64,000 bases of DNA, taken from NCBI RefSeq assembly GCF_006345805.1, contig NC_043015.1, positions 24,242,001 through 24,306,000 of the forward strand. The letters are read 5' to 3'. The stretch comes from Octopus sinensis. Taxonomy: Eukaryota. The position numbers and the translations under genes were made by a program. Below the pieces are notes generated by a model. The model was given only the letters and a program-made list of their open reading frames with translations, made no database searches and was not told the DNA's origin. Below are positions 1-12,748 of the stretch, one piece after another (position 1 is the first letter of the stretch; each line of letters begins with the position of its first letter).

Positions 1-2
1 TA

Positions 3-110
3 GCCAGACTGGTTGAGGCCGCTTTACGTATACGTCAAGAAATCGTGGAGCGACAGTTGGGAAGAGCACCTGTGGTGTGGGTCGGTGGGGCTCTTCCTGT
101 ATCAGAATAA
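3..110 (+). mobile_element. Possible 3' end of a Penelope-like GIY-YIG endonuclease ORF (window-edge fragment)
   Basis: Frame starting at 3 reads ARLVEAALRIRQEIVERQLGRAPVVWVGGALPVSE*; loosely like the 'R..EA..I' C-terminal motif of PLE endonucleases. Short and weak. Confidence 0.2.
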
Positions 111-214
111 CGTCATCATCATTCATTATTTTCTACCATGTATATCTTTACATGGTTTAATCTTTGGGCTCTGATAGCGCTGGAAGGGTTATTACTAAAA
201 ACAGACAGCAATTG

Positions 215-410
215 CCAAACGAAGGATTACTACAAGCACACACATATAAATCAGGCTACAGCACAGTTTCTGTTATCAAATTCAACTCACAAATCATTGG
301 TCAGCCGAAGATTATAGAAAAAGACACTTTCCCAAAGTGTCACGCAGTGGAACCGAAATTGTATGGTTGCAAAGCGAGCTTCCCACCCATGTTCTCTCCT
401 TATTCGGATT
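215..410 (-). mobile_element. tRNA-derived SINE family B (CORE-like body), degenerate
   Basis: Matches in-window copies at 17172, 18985 and 46398 (AAATTCA.CTCACAA...GACACTT.CCCAA.GTG.CACGCAGTGG). Confidence 0.7.
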
Positions 411-721
411 CCTGTATGAACCAACACACATTATGATCTGCCTTTCTAACAGCCTCTCAGCTGCAGTGCAAGTGTCGGGTTGCCACTCTACGTTTTGAGT
501 TCAATTTCCACTGAGATCGAATTCGTCTTTCATTCTTTTGGAGGTGGATACAATAAGCGACATAAGTAATGTAGTCGACGAAATCGGTAAACAACCATAT
601 TGCCCAAACTTCTGGCCTTGAATCTATAGTGGAAAGGATTGGAGTAGATGTAATTGACTTACCCCCTCCCATGAAATTATTAACCTGGCGCCCAAATTTG
701 AAAACATCATCATCATTATGA

Positions 722-771
<50 letters not shown>
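722..771. repeat. (ATT)n microsatellite
   Basis: Direct reading; source of the poly-N ORF 457-816. Confidence 0.95.
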
Positions 772-772
<1 letters not shown>

Positions 773-886
773 GGGTGGTGAGCTGGAAAAATCGTTAGCA
801 CGTCGGGCAAAGTCATTCTGTCCGTCCTTATGCTCTGAGTTCAAATACCACCAGGGTCGACTTTGCCTTAGGGCAAAATTTGAAAC
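772..886 (+). mobile_element. SINE family A, internally deleted; a 3' fragment of the same family lies at ~630-708
   Basis: A-box-like GAGCTGGAAAAATCG, B-box GAGTTCAAAT, then GGTCGACTTTGCC and the 3' end AAATTTGAAAC. Confidence 0.75.
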
Positions 887-1195
887 TATTATTATTATTA
901 TTATATGAGGTGTCTCTTGAAAGTCCAACAGTCACAATAAGGAGCTTCAATATTATGTCTCCATTTTACATTGGTGTCTTCTTTCGAATCCAAACCCAAT
1001 CCGGCGTCCATTGAGACATTTCCCCTGACTCGTTTTAGTCCCGCGTCTTTTGACAATTGTTTTTTGTTGCTTTGGTCTTTGTATATGGCAATTGATTATG
1101 TTCCTTCTAGGGAGACATTTAGAAGAACTGTGGATATCACGACACCATTTTTGTATTTCAGTATCCACGATACATGTCGATATCTCTATGCAAGA

Positions 1196-2700
1196 CATCA
1201 TCATCGTTTGGCGTCCGTTTTCCATGGTAGCATGGGTTGGACGGTTCGACCGGGGTCTGGGAAGCCAGGAGGCTGCACCAGGCTCCAGTCTGATCTAGCA
1301 GTGTTTCTACAGCTGGATGCCTTTCCTAACGCCAACCACTCCGTGAGTGTACAGGGTGCTTTTTACGTGCCACCGGCACAGGAGCCAGAAGAGGATGGCA
1401 ACGCCCATGATCACTTGGTGCTTTTTACGTGCCACCGGCACGGAAGTCAGTCAAGACGGAGCTGGCATCGGCCACGTTTGGATGGTGTTTTTACGAGCCA
1501 CCGGCACGAGTATTACAACTACAATTTCCATTTTATTTCTATGTTGATGTTGATGTACTTGATTCGATAGGTCTCTTGAAGTACAGCAAGTTGCCCTACA
1601 ATCTAAGGTAAGCACAGCAGGCCGACTTGCAAGCCATGAACCCTTTTTATTTGTCGGGTATTCGCAGTCCCAACACATCTGATGTCTCGGTCTTTCGTCA
1701 TTGCCTCTGTGAGGCCCAACGTTCGAAGGTCATGCTTGACCACCTCATCTCACGTCTTCCTAGGTCTACCTCTACCCCGGATTCCTTCAACTGTTTGGGA
1801 GTGGAACTTCTTCACACATCTCTCCTCATCCATCCGTAGTACATGACCATACCAGCGCAAACGTCTCTCCTGCACTCCACATCCAATGCTTCATAGGTCC
1901 AACATGTCTCTCAGAGTGTTTACACTCTGTTGTGCGTGCACACTGACATTGCACATCCAGCGGATCATGCTAGCTTCATTTCTTTCGAGTTACAGCCCAT
2001 GTTTCGCTGCCGTGAAGCATGGCAGTTTGCACACATGCGTCGTACAATCTACCTTTCACTCTGAGCGAGAGACGCTTTGTCGCTAATAGGAGAAGAAGCT
2101 TTCTAAACTTTGCTCAGGCTATTCTTATTCTAGTGGTAACACTCTCTGAGCATCCATCCCCACTACTAACTTGGTTACCTAGGTAGCGGAAGCTATCAAC
2201 TACTTCTAGTTTCTCCCCCTGTAGTGTGATGGAATATGATTTTTGAGTATCCATGGTGTCTATTGCCTCTGTGCATTTGCCGCACACGAAAGCTATCTTA
2301 ATTTTCCTTTGATGTTGCTGCACCTCTTATGTGTCCATAGCTTACACTGGGTACATCTTATGGAGTTTCTACCTACATCTTGTCTTCATATCGAGCAGAG
2401 TCACTCACCTGAGGAGGTGTGTGATGAGTTCGTCTTCTTACTTACTAGAACTTTGATCTTTGCTACATTGACTCTAAGTCCTTTTGATTCTAAACCTAGC
2501 TTCCACACTCGAAATTTCTTTTGTAGTTCCGGTAGTGATTCCGATATGAGGGCCAGGTCATCAGCATAGAGGAGCTCCCAGAGGCAACCCGTCATGAATT
2601 CGTCAGCTATTGCATGGCATATTCTTGATGGGGACAAACATATTATTAACTTTAACAAATCTGAGGCAACCAATAACTGCACGTCTCACTACAAGTGGTG
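1196..2700 (-). mobile_element. RTE-clade LINE, 5'-truncated and decayed (RT C-terminal half plus 3' UTR)
   Basis: LWELLYADDLALISESLPELQKKFRVWKLGLESKGLRVNVAK (2401-2682) and LEVVDSFRYLGNQVSSGDGCSESVTTRIRIA (2114-2323); stops and frameshifts; 3' UTR ends in a short (GAT)n tail at ~1196-1206. Confidence 0.92.
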
Positions 2701-3807
2701 CCATGACGTTTCTCTCTCACACACATTCTGCAGCTGACTATCATGAGGTTAAAGCGGTATTTCTGAGTGGTTGACTTCTCGTATACCTCTGCGAAGGTAT
2801 TAGTTTCGGTAGAATATCATTCCATGTGTGCAGCATGTTTGTCAGACTGGTATCTAAATAGAAAGGGAACACGATTCGGAGAAGAATTCTTTTGCAGAAT
2901 TCCTGCCAGGGATTACAAGGCCTAAAAGCGTACCAAAATAACTGATGGTGCTTTTCACCGCTGGTTACACATTAACAACCGAGGAACGGGTACAATCGAT
3001 GTGGCGGTTTTCCTATCAGTTTCTGTAAACCCACATTCAATTCACACGAATCTATTGTAAAACATGCTTGCTTAAGTTGGCGCTCAATAGCTGTCGAATC
3101 TGAGAATACGGAATTACGAAGTGAACATTCAACTCCACGACAAAAATGGATCTCAACACAAACACACAAAATGTTAAACGAAACAAACAATTACGCGATT
3201 ATAAAACATGAAATATGAATAGGAAACATTCTGCTGTTGCTGAGAATACTTGTGACGAATAATGTCAATTGAAATGCGTTAATGTTAATTTAAAGGAATT
3301 GCCGAAAATAAATCGAGTAAAAAATTTGAATTAAAAAAAAGCAGAAGCGGTCGATGTCAGCAAAATCCAGTTCAATGAATGTTCCTAGTATTCACAACCA
3401 TCTCTAATTCTCCGACCAAGGATCATTCCATTTTCTCAAAACATGTCACTTATGGAGTAGATCGTTGTTTCTCTGCTATGGTCGTAGTAACAGTTTGTAC
3501 CTGTGTGACAGATAATTCTTTTATCGATAGATTTATTTCTATTCTGGTGTCCGGAAATGGACGGCTGCAATCATACTGCACAGCCCCCAGAAGCTGAAGT
3601 TCGTTGGTTCATACTGACGTCTAACAACTTGTTCAATCTATTTTTATTTTATCGAATATATGTATGCATGCGCGCAGTGTCATTCTATTCATTTTTCCCT
3701 CCCTTACATATTGTACAAGCACACGCACACACACATATATATATATACACAGGCTATATGTGCATGTGTGCGTGTGTGCGAATGCGTAGATGTATGTTAT
3801 GTTATAT

Positions 3808-3842
3808 TATGTGTGTGTGTGTATGTGTGTGTGTGTGTGTGT

Positions 3843-3874
<32 letters not shown>

Positions 3875-3890
3875 GTGTGTGTGTGTGTGT
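3808..3890. repeat. (TG)n microsatellite
   Basis: Direct reading. Confidence 0.95.
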
Positions 3891-3918
3891 ATGAAATCGT
3901 AATTACTTATAAACTTAC

Positions 3919-4038
3919 CTGTTTCAGGTACAGCTCAAGACTCTCAGATATTGATTCATCATAATGTTGTGCAATCTTTATTATCTCTGAAAGATTATTT
4001 TGAACAACTTCTTTGAGTTCACGAAGTTCGAAATCCAG
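3919..4038 (-). CDS. Putative internal coding exon (120 nt, phase 0/0) of an unidentified protein
   Basis: Acceptor TTTTTATCTATTTTATTCAG, donor CAG|GTAAGT; only one frame open: LDFELRELKEVVQNNLSEIIKIAQHYDESISESLELYLKQ (helical-looking); not part of a recognised repeat. Confidence 0.6.
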
Positions 4039-4611
4039 CTGAATAAAATAGATAAAAAATAATAATATATAAATGAAATGCAGAAATGTTAATGAGAAGA
4101 GATGAAAAAGTTAATATAGTATCTTATTTCGTTTTTCTATTTGTTCTGCATGATTACTGATATGAATTCCTGTGTTGAAATGAATCTTGTATCTTGGAAG
4201 GGTCATAACGCCAATAATTATAAACACATGCATTGGTTCAATATCATTTCTTTATTATTAATCAACTGGTTATTTATCTAACCAACAAACTAATCGATCA
4301 CCTATTTAATGCACTAGTTAAACAAACAAAGTGATTATTTGTCAAAGTGATTATTTGTCATCGTTATTCATGATATCATCAATGAAATGCCCTCACACTT
4401 CCGCACGTTAGAGTGAGCGCATGTTATTGTTGGGGTTACGAATAGAGACGAAAGGACATTAAAAACAAACAACCGATTCATTGTTGAACCAACACATTAA
4501 GTTAGTTTAGTTAGTTGGTTAGAGATAGAACCGGCGCCCGTGTCTGATATTATTGATCCTCCCATTATACAACAAGACTAACAGGGTATCGGTATCTTTA
4601 AAATACAGCCT

Positions 4612-4843
4612 ATAACTTTTTGATACCATACCAGCTGAAATCATCTCAAATTGTCATACAAACTTACGACTTGAAAGTGATCTAAATTAAAATCTTGCAT
4701 CAAAATTCCATGCGTGGTCATGTTCAAAAAACCAGCTTAGTAAAGACAATATAGTCCATTTCATCAGAAATATAGTGCAGATAATGTTTAAATCATGATA
4801 ATTGCCCCAAGACTTAATAATGTAGATGACAAACGTTTTAAAT
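4612..4843 (-). mobile_element. piggyBac-like MITE, degenerate
   Basis: Shares CATG.AA.TTTGATG.AAG..TTTAATTTAGATCA.TTT with the TTAA|CCCTTT-starting copy at 61233; the GGTATCAAAAG end resembles the partial copy at ~37980-38095. Confidence 0.65.
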
Positions 4844-5447
4844 GTGGCTTCAATTTCGTTACTAATGTTTTGAATCTTTTGTTCCGCACTGTTTACATTC
4901 TGAGTGCAACTCCTGCCTTTCAGTCCTCCTTGAATAAAATAGTCAAGTGTCAAATATGGAAGGTAATTTAATCTACAGAACTTATAGTCCTTAAAAGTTG
5001 CAGGGTTTGCACCTAAATGGAGAATGGCAATTCTTCTGCAAGCGACAAGACGCATATGTCCAGCAATTGCACTTCTATAGATATATTCAACTTCGCAATA
5101 AATAATATATTCCGTTTTCACTGAACAAACTAGTTTTCTTTATGGTATGCAGCATAATTTGAACATTCATGGGTTCAGAGAAAGCCTGACCTTTCTTTCT
5201 TGGTTCGACTACAATCCGTGCAACATTTATATTCCTCACCATGCCTGCCATCTCTTATGTCCCTGCCATAAGGCTTCACTTCCACCCACACCAGCTTAAT
5301 TTAATTCGTCCTTAGTCAAAAAGACACCTGTTGTTATGTCCTGTCATTTGCATTTGTATACCATTTCTCCGTTTCTTTTCCGTCCTTGTTTTCGTATACA
5401 TTCGCTGCTTTCTTCCAAAGAATCTAGTACTCATAGCTTAGTTTTAC

Positions 5448-5518
5448 CTTAGGAGTGGCCAGATTGGAGCAATCTCGAGTATAACCAGCCGAAAATGCAA
5501 AGATAATCTGGAACCCGA
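5448..5518 (-). CDS. Candidate 71-nt exon
   Basis: Acceptor GTTTTCTTTCCTCAG, donor AAG|GTAAAA; two open frames (xGFQIIFAFSAGYTRDCSNLATPK or SGSRLSLHFRLVILEIAPIWPLL). Confidence 0.3.
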
Positions 5519-5658
5519 CTGAGGAAAGAAAACTTCGAATGAGCTGCCCGTGTTTTTTCTTGCCCCATTCTTTGTATTCTTTATATATATATATACACGT
5601 ATATGTGTGTATATATATATACTCATATGTACAATATATATACACACATATATATATA

Positions 5659-5696
<38 letters not shown>

Positions 5697-7088
5697 ATAT
5701 GCATATTGTGCGCGTGCGCGTGCATGCGTGTGTGTGTTAGGATTAATTGGACACCGACAGAAAATTCGTTAGCGATTCACTCAACAGACATCTGAATACC
5801 TTCCAGGCTTTTTCAGTTCGATATGACACGGAAACATCTTGGGAAAATTCTTAACAGTGGAAACAAAAATGATCACAAGAAATTGTAATATCTAATGCAC
5901 CGTTTTCTCTTCTTTTCCTCCTTGTACATAAAACGTTGCTAGAGTATGAGATGAAGTCGACGTCTGCTGACAGCAACCATAGAAAGTATTTCTTTAATCT
6001 TTCTTGAAAATTGCATTTGGGGATTAGCTTTAACATTTTCAAACTCTTTCATGAATCAAAATATATTATTTCAATTCCTTCATGATATAATCTTTCAAAT
6101 AAACACGATTGTTCTAGGAGGGTGGTTGACCAGTTACATAGGGCGAGAAACAGACTAGATAGGAAGTCGGTATCTTGTGTGCTGTCAACCTGATTTCTTC
6201 GTGCTGACGGTCAAGGCACATATTTATCAAAAGGTCGAAATATTGGATCATGCCTCAGTTTCAACTTTCGAGTTCGTCCATTTTATTTTTCATCTATTCA
6301 AGTGAGAATTTCACAGACAAGTGTATGTTTAAAGTAATCCTTAAACCGAATGCGCATAACAAATTGTGTTCCAAGTTTCGACCTTTAAATCGAACGAGTT
6401 TCCGTTATTGTTTCCAGTTACCAAATGTCAATAACTCGACTTAGATCAACCCGAGGCTGTGTGATAAAAATGTTTGCCATAAATTTCACATCGAGGTATC
6501 GAAATTGGGACCTGATGAGAGCAAAGACGACTTCTTAATGACTCATCGAAATTAAACTCCGTTCTACAATGTATGAAAATAGTGTTGCTCTATACAATAG
6601 CATCATCATGAAACTGAAACTTCATTCATTAACATACGGTGTTAATTGCGATACTTCCTGTGGATCAGGAAAAACTATACCAGTCCTTAACCAAGTTCAA
6701 TGCATATCAAGGTAGCTTTAAAATTCGACGTCTGGCTCCGAGAAAAACGTGAATAACGTAGATGCGTACCCCAAAATTCTATCGACATTAAAATCATCAC
6801 TGCAATGCGGCCATTTTGCCACAGACATTAGTTCAGTGTATTTATTTAATACGCAGAGGTTTATTCATTTCTAACAATTTGCATTTATAGCCACGGGGCA
6901 TTGATACGTCACTGCTTCCAATAGGTAAACCAGTACAGTAAAAAAAAATAACCGGTCAACTTCTATCGCCGCTTCGTGATAACAAATAATTGATTACTTT
7001 AATTAACATGAGGCTTCAAGTAAGTTATATTATTGTATGTGTCTGTTGAATAAAGTAATATTTAATAAGTAGACCATATCTCATTCAC

Positions 7089-7139
7089 CTCGAAGAGTGG
7101 AACCGAAAAGTTAATTCTAGCAATATTTCAGCACACACA
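7089..7139 (-). CDS. Candidate 51-nt exon (phase 2/2)
   Basis: Acceptor CTTCTCACTTCTACAG, donor GAG|GTGAAT; single open frame VCAEILLELTFRFHSS. Confidence 0.25.
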
Positions 7140-7730
7140 CTGTAGAAGTGAGAAGATAAATAATGAAATACAGGAAAGAAAAAATGTTGATCATAATTAA
7201 CGAAGGAAATAAACGGAATTTAATTAAAGTTTTTTTTTATTGTTTCTTCTCATAATTAGAAGAAAATCAACACATCCAACAAAAAAAGCAAAACAATTGC
7301 AAATAAAACAAATTCAAAAGACATGCTGTAAAATTAGCTTCGAGTCATTTCAAATTCTGGATCAGACTTGGTATTTCTTCCACAACTGACATCTACAAGT
7401 CATTAAATGTCCCATCAGGATTTTGCTTCCAGTCCACGTCACTGAAGGCCTAAATTCCTGCAGGAAATTGGTGAGGTTATTTCATCAATGGCCCAGTATA
7501 TTTCTGTGATATTTTCTTATTTTGGCTCATTAAAACCAGGTAACTATTTCACCAGGTGCATAGGAATGGAGTGGAAAAGTCATTTGCACATAAAATATAA
7601 AAATGTAAGTTTATCAAACGTTTCGGCCCGTATGGAAATTACTTTGTCTGGTTTCATATGGAGGCTTAAATTCAACTCATTCGCTACTAAGTGGGTATCT
7701 TCCCTCTACTAATAATAAGTAATGTTTAAG

Positions 7731-7940
7731 CTGGAAAACTCATTAGAAGACCGGACGAAATACTTAGTGGCATTTCACTAGTCATTATGTTTTGGGTTCT
7801 AATTCCGCCGAGGTCAAATTTTTCTGTCATCCTTTCGGGGTCGATAAGATAAGTACAAAGTTGAGCACTGGGGTCAATGTAATTGACTTACCCCTCCCCA
7901 GTCCTTGCTGGTTTTCTGCCAAGATTTAAAACCGATATTC
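7731..7940 (+). mobile_element. SINE family A with a 13-bp target-site duplication
   Basis: Body TCATCCTTTCGGGGTCGATAAGATAAGTAC; AGTAATGTTTAAG at 7718-7730 and 7941-7953. Confidence 0.9.
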
Positions 7941-9322
7941 AGTAATGTTTAAGTTGTCTCCCATAGATGCTCGGTAGCAAGAATACTGTTAAGTAATCCT
8001 TTGTATCGTTCCTGCTCCCGATATTTAACTCTATTGTGGCGGACTACGATGTAGAAATCACTGGAAATAATCACTTCTATTCAAATCGAAATTTATGGGC
8101 AAACAGTTTAATAGTCTGGACGCCGGTTGCTTCTGAGGCCCCATTGTTCCCTCATGCCTTTATTGACTTGCAGTGGACACATCACCAACTATTCTTGGCG
8201 GATAATTAGGATGCATTAATGACATTATATTATTGGTATTTATTTGAGTCAATCAAGGTGCATCAATGCTATCTCTCGATATTCTACAGGTAAGGAATAA
8301 AAACAACTTCACGTTAGTCTTTACAGGAAAGGAAAATAAAGAGGAGACATTGAAGAATTTTTAAGTACATGATGTCCATAGACGAATGGCAGGTGAATCA
8401 CGTCTGAAACGGTTTATGGTGTATGTATGTTCCACTAAGGAGGATTTGGGTTTAAATTACAGAAACCAAATCCAAAGATCAAGCCTCTATGTAGCTATTT
8501 CTTCTGCTAAAGGTTCCTAATATTATACAACACTGCCGTAAAAGGGGGAGAATACATTTGATAATGCAGTTCCAAATACGCTATGTAAGAGAAAGACGAG
8601 ATCGTCATCGCTGGAATGTCTTTCATCACATACCGGTGTGACGATGACTGAGTAGAATATAATTAACGAGAACCGGTAATTGTTAATTCGATAAATCCAG
8701 AGGATGTCTGGCAAAGATATAAATAACGGGAAAGGAAACAGTGATATAAAATAGTGTAAGGCATGTTAAATGCTGCTCTTTTTATTGTATAGCGGTCTAT
8801 ATTCTCTATGTATATGGCATATATGTTGCAACCAATACAGATATAAATAAAATACTGAAAAGAAGTCATAAAAATCGTCATAAAAATATGATATGGAGCT
8901 AAACCATTAATATCTTACTTCTTTATACTCAGATACGTCACAAATCTCTTATATTTCTCAAAAGCTAACACCGAAAGTTGTGCTAATGGATTTTTCTGTT
9001 TATTTATGGGGGATATTAAATAGAAATGACACTAGTTATTCTGGAAACTTTTAAGCATACGCACACATATATGTGTAAGTATATATACATATAAGGCTAT
9101 GTGTATATGAGTCTGTGTGTTAGGATAGTGAATTGTGATTCTCTTGGTTATTTTCCTTGTTTTTAATCTACATACTCTCATATATTGCAGACATCAAATA
9201 TAGAATTTTAAAACTGTAGGATGGGAACATTTGTGCATATATATATGTGTGTGTGTGTGTGTGAGTGTATGTGTATTTATGTGTGTGAGTGTATGTGTAT
9301 CTATGTGTGTGTGTGTGTGTAT

Positions 9323-9362
<40 letters not shown>

Positions 9363-9719
9363 TGCGTGTTTTATTTCTTTTCACTTTATCAATTAGTTAT
9401 CTTTTAGATAAAATAGAACAACTTATAAATTAATTCCATCCTAACTACGTTGACTGGCACAAAATATTAGTTAAAAACTAATTTCCCAAAAGAAGAGGTT
9501 CATACCTTTATTCATCATCAAATGACCAACTCGAAACATCATCAAATAACCTACTCGAAACAATCGCACAAAACAACTCAACGAATGTCAAATCTCTAGA
9601 ATTAAGAAGGAGCAAACCCGAAAATCGTAGTCCGACAAAGAGAAATGAAAAGCGTTGGATCCGATAAAAACCGATATCATGACTAATATCATATCATTTA
9701 TTTTGTCTTTGTTTATTGG

Positions 9720-10100
9720 CTTCAGACATTAGACTGCGACCATGCTGGGGCACCACTTTCAGACAAGTCGATCCCTGGAATCAATTTTAAGTCTGATGCT
9801 TATTCTAGTGATCGCTTTTGCCGAACTGCCCGAACTCAAAAGTCAGGATGTAAGCAAACCAACACCGGCTGTCAAGTGATAATGGTGGTCGTGGGTACAA
9901 AAACACTAGTGGACGTACAAACACACACAAGAGCACAGCTCCCCACACACACGCATATACGACAGGTTCCCACAAAGTTCCCGTCTACCAAATTCACTTA
10001 CAAGGCGTTAATCGGTTCGAGGATATAAGTACAAAACATGCTCGATGTGCTGCACAGTGGGACTGAACGCGGAAGCTTTGTGGTTGCAAAGCGACATTTT
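9720..10100 (-). mobile_element. SINE family B, near full-length, degenerate
   Basis: GACTGCGACCATGCTGGGGCACC 3' part, CA-rich middle and CAGTGGGACTGAAC head segment as in other family-B copies. Confidence 0.8.
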
Positions 10101-10354
10101 TTTTATCCTCAGAGCCATATCGACGTATTCGTATTTATACAAAACAACTAAGTCCGTGCCTCCATGTGAAGTTTTTATGCCCAAATTAGACACGTAAAAG
10201 AAAAGTAATCATAAAAGTGGTCGAAGAGACACTCGTGAAATTACGAAGCACCAGAGTAAAGAAGCTAATCTATGGTTTGTTTGTTTTTTACCGAACAACT
10301 AAGTTTGAACAGACGTTAACAGCCTAACGTTGGTTGTCAAGCTGAGGGGAACAA

Positions 10355-10418
<64 letters not shown>

Positions 10419-10531
10419 CATACATAACACACTGCCTAAATGCCAATCTTGAAAAATTAGGCTACTCAAAACCAGAAAGGAGAAGGCTAATTCGAAGACT
10501 ACCGATCCAAGCAAAACATACAAATCTACAC

Positions 10532-10534
<3 letters not shown>

Positions 10535-10564
<30 letters not shown>

Positions 10565-10642
10565 CATACATACATACATACATACATACATACATACATA
10601 CATAAATACATACATACATACATACGTACACACATACATACA
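10535..10642. repeat. (CATA)n microsatellite
   Basis: Direct reading. Confidence 0.95.
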
Positions 10643-11353
10643 TAGAAAAATACCCTGTTGATGAGCATTAAATCTAGGCTGGAAACCGGCTCTTTCACTA
10701 TTGGCAAGAAATTTGGAAATAAAACTGAACAATGCGATACACACATGCATGCATACACATACACACACTAATACCTGCACCCTCATGATTACGTTGGTAG
10801 TCACTCGTAGTCCGACAAAGACGGCTCTAATTTCTAGTGGGAAAACTTCACAAATGATTTTGTTCATAGTGATCAACTGTATGACCTGCATATAAGTTTC
10901 TCCCCTCCTACAAACTGAATGCCTGAAAAGGTCACCGCGTCCCACACGTCATGAGCCAAAATGAACTCAGAGCTCGGCCAGATGAAGTGTTTTTGCCTCT
11001 GAACAACACAACGCACGATCTGATGCACATGCGATTGTGAATAAAACATCTTCACCACTGAGGTGTGCTCATTTATAAGTAAATGAGTACACACTCATCC
11101 ATGCATACACACCTATACATATATGAGGGGTTCGGTATATATTTCCTGCTTGCCAAAAAAGTATTTGTCAAACCAGAAATATGGTAGTAGGTACCCCACT
11201 GTGGGATTCAATCCATAACACATGTCAGCGTAATGATGCCACAATATTATGGATGCGCACACATGCGTGTGTTACGAAGGGATACACAACTAGAAATGGA
11301 TATCTAAATTTTCCGGACAATAAATAGTTGACTACGGAATATATCTCACACAC

Positions 11354-11467
11354 CTTTCCACGAACTGAAACCCACCGAGCAGACACCAGACCAATTCCAT
11401 ACAGGGTTTAAGTCTTTTGATTCTGTCAGTGAAATTTCATTTACCACATTAGCGTGGATGTAGGTGT
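11354..11467 (-). CDS. Candidate 114-nt exon (phase 1/1), weak C2-domain-like motif
   Basis: Single open frame TYIHANVVNEISLTESKDLNPVWNWSGVCSVGFSSWK; donor AAG|GTGTGT; acceptor weak (ATTCATCAG; alternative AAG acceptor would start the exon at 11484). Confidence 0.3.
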
Positions 11468-11548
11468 CTGATGAATATCCACGTCTTCTCACAAATACAA
11501 AGGCATATATATTTGTGATACATATACAGTAAGTGTATATATATATGT

Positions 11549-11600
<52 letters not shown>

Positions 11601-11604
11601 TCAC

Positions 11605-11635
<31 letters not shown>

Positions 11636-12489
11636 TACAATTATATATACATATATATATATATATACACACACACATATATACATATATATCATATGTG
11701 TGTGTTTGTATTATGTATTTGTTATAAGTTCATTTTGTCTACACGATTACCCCTGTTTACTTCTGTCCCCGCTCGACACTTCTTCGCATCTATAACGAAC
11801 TGCTTCAACAACAAATAAATAATTTGCAACTGAATAAAAAATATATATATAAAACCCTAACAAACACATATGTAGAATTGTATGATTTAAGAATGTTCCA
11901 AGAAAGCAGATATTACACAACATATGAATAAATTACTTTGATCTTGTTGGAATTTCTCTCTCTTTAGATGTGATAGAAAAGAGAAAATACAAATTTCAGT
12001 CTTGATTTCGTAGCCAAGCTGCCTTTGATTTATTAAGTGTTCTAATACAGATTTCTACAGCATTTACGTCAAGAAATATTGCACAAAATTATGTTTGATT
12101 TAGTTCAGTGTGAAATGTTGAGACTAATTACACTAACTGTCAACTAGCAGAGACATCTATACAAATAATATAAATCAGAACCGAGAAAGAAAAGCTGGGT
12201 AGATGGGTGGTTGCAGTTTTGGAATATTATGTACATATATAAAGAGAGAGTACTCTAGATGTTATACATGTATGAATAAGATGTTGTGAAGCTAAACAAA
12301 TGACTCTATAGTCATTAACTGTGATCAGATGTGACGAGTTATTGTTATAGTTTACTGAACTTAGCGTATGTCACTTGTCAACCTCAGCTTTCTTAGTTCT
12401 TTCTATTTCCACTAAACAAAAGTTAATTCCACTCTAACACCGTGGTGAAATGCTTATAGGAAGGAGTTGCGGGGGTGGGGAAAGACACC

Positions 12490-12670
12490 TACTATTGTTA
12501 CTGCTGTAATAATTCTTTCTAATTTTGGTAGGGAGGAGCAAGTCAAATGCATCGACTACAGGGTTCAACGGTACATTATTTTATCGACATCGGTGGAATT
12601 TGAGCCGAGAACGTACAAATCCGCAAGAAATGGCCCTATGGATTTTGTCCGGCATGCAAGAGATTTTGCC
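12490..12670 (-). mobile_element. SINE family A, degenerate
   Basis: Reverse complement of TTATTTTATCGAC...GGAATTTGAG...GATTTTGCC. Confidence 0.7.
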
Positions 12671-12699
12671 ATGTGATGGCCTTAATAATAATAATAATG

Positions 12700-12745
<46 letters not shown>

Positions 12746-12748
<3 letters not shown>

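Noticed and set aside
971-1570. 199-aa + strand ORF, the longest in the track
   Set aside because: Its 3' two-thirds is antisense to the RTE 3' UTR repeats; no recognisable domain. The 900-1195 part remains unassigned.
4668-4735. Apparent exon (GFLNMTTHGILMQDFNLDHFQV) that joins in frame to 3919-4038
   Set aside because: Lies inside the piggyBac-like MITE shared with 61233-61470; the GTAAGT donor looks like a mutated MITE position. Exonisation is possible but unsupported.
4687-5121. 144-aa minus-strand ORF
   Set aside because: Its C-terminal third is the same MITE, it has a GTG start, and it shows no recognisable motif.
9506-9595. Minus-strand segment with good splice sites
   Set aside because: Stops in all three frames; contains a small local tandem duplication.
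10650-10700. TTGATGA...GAAACCGG hammerhead-like motif
   Set aside because: C3 is altered and no stem I pairing is possible; too degenerate to call.
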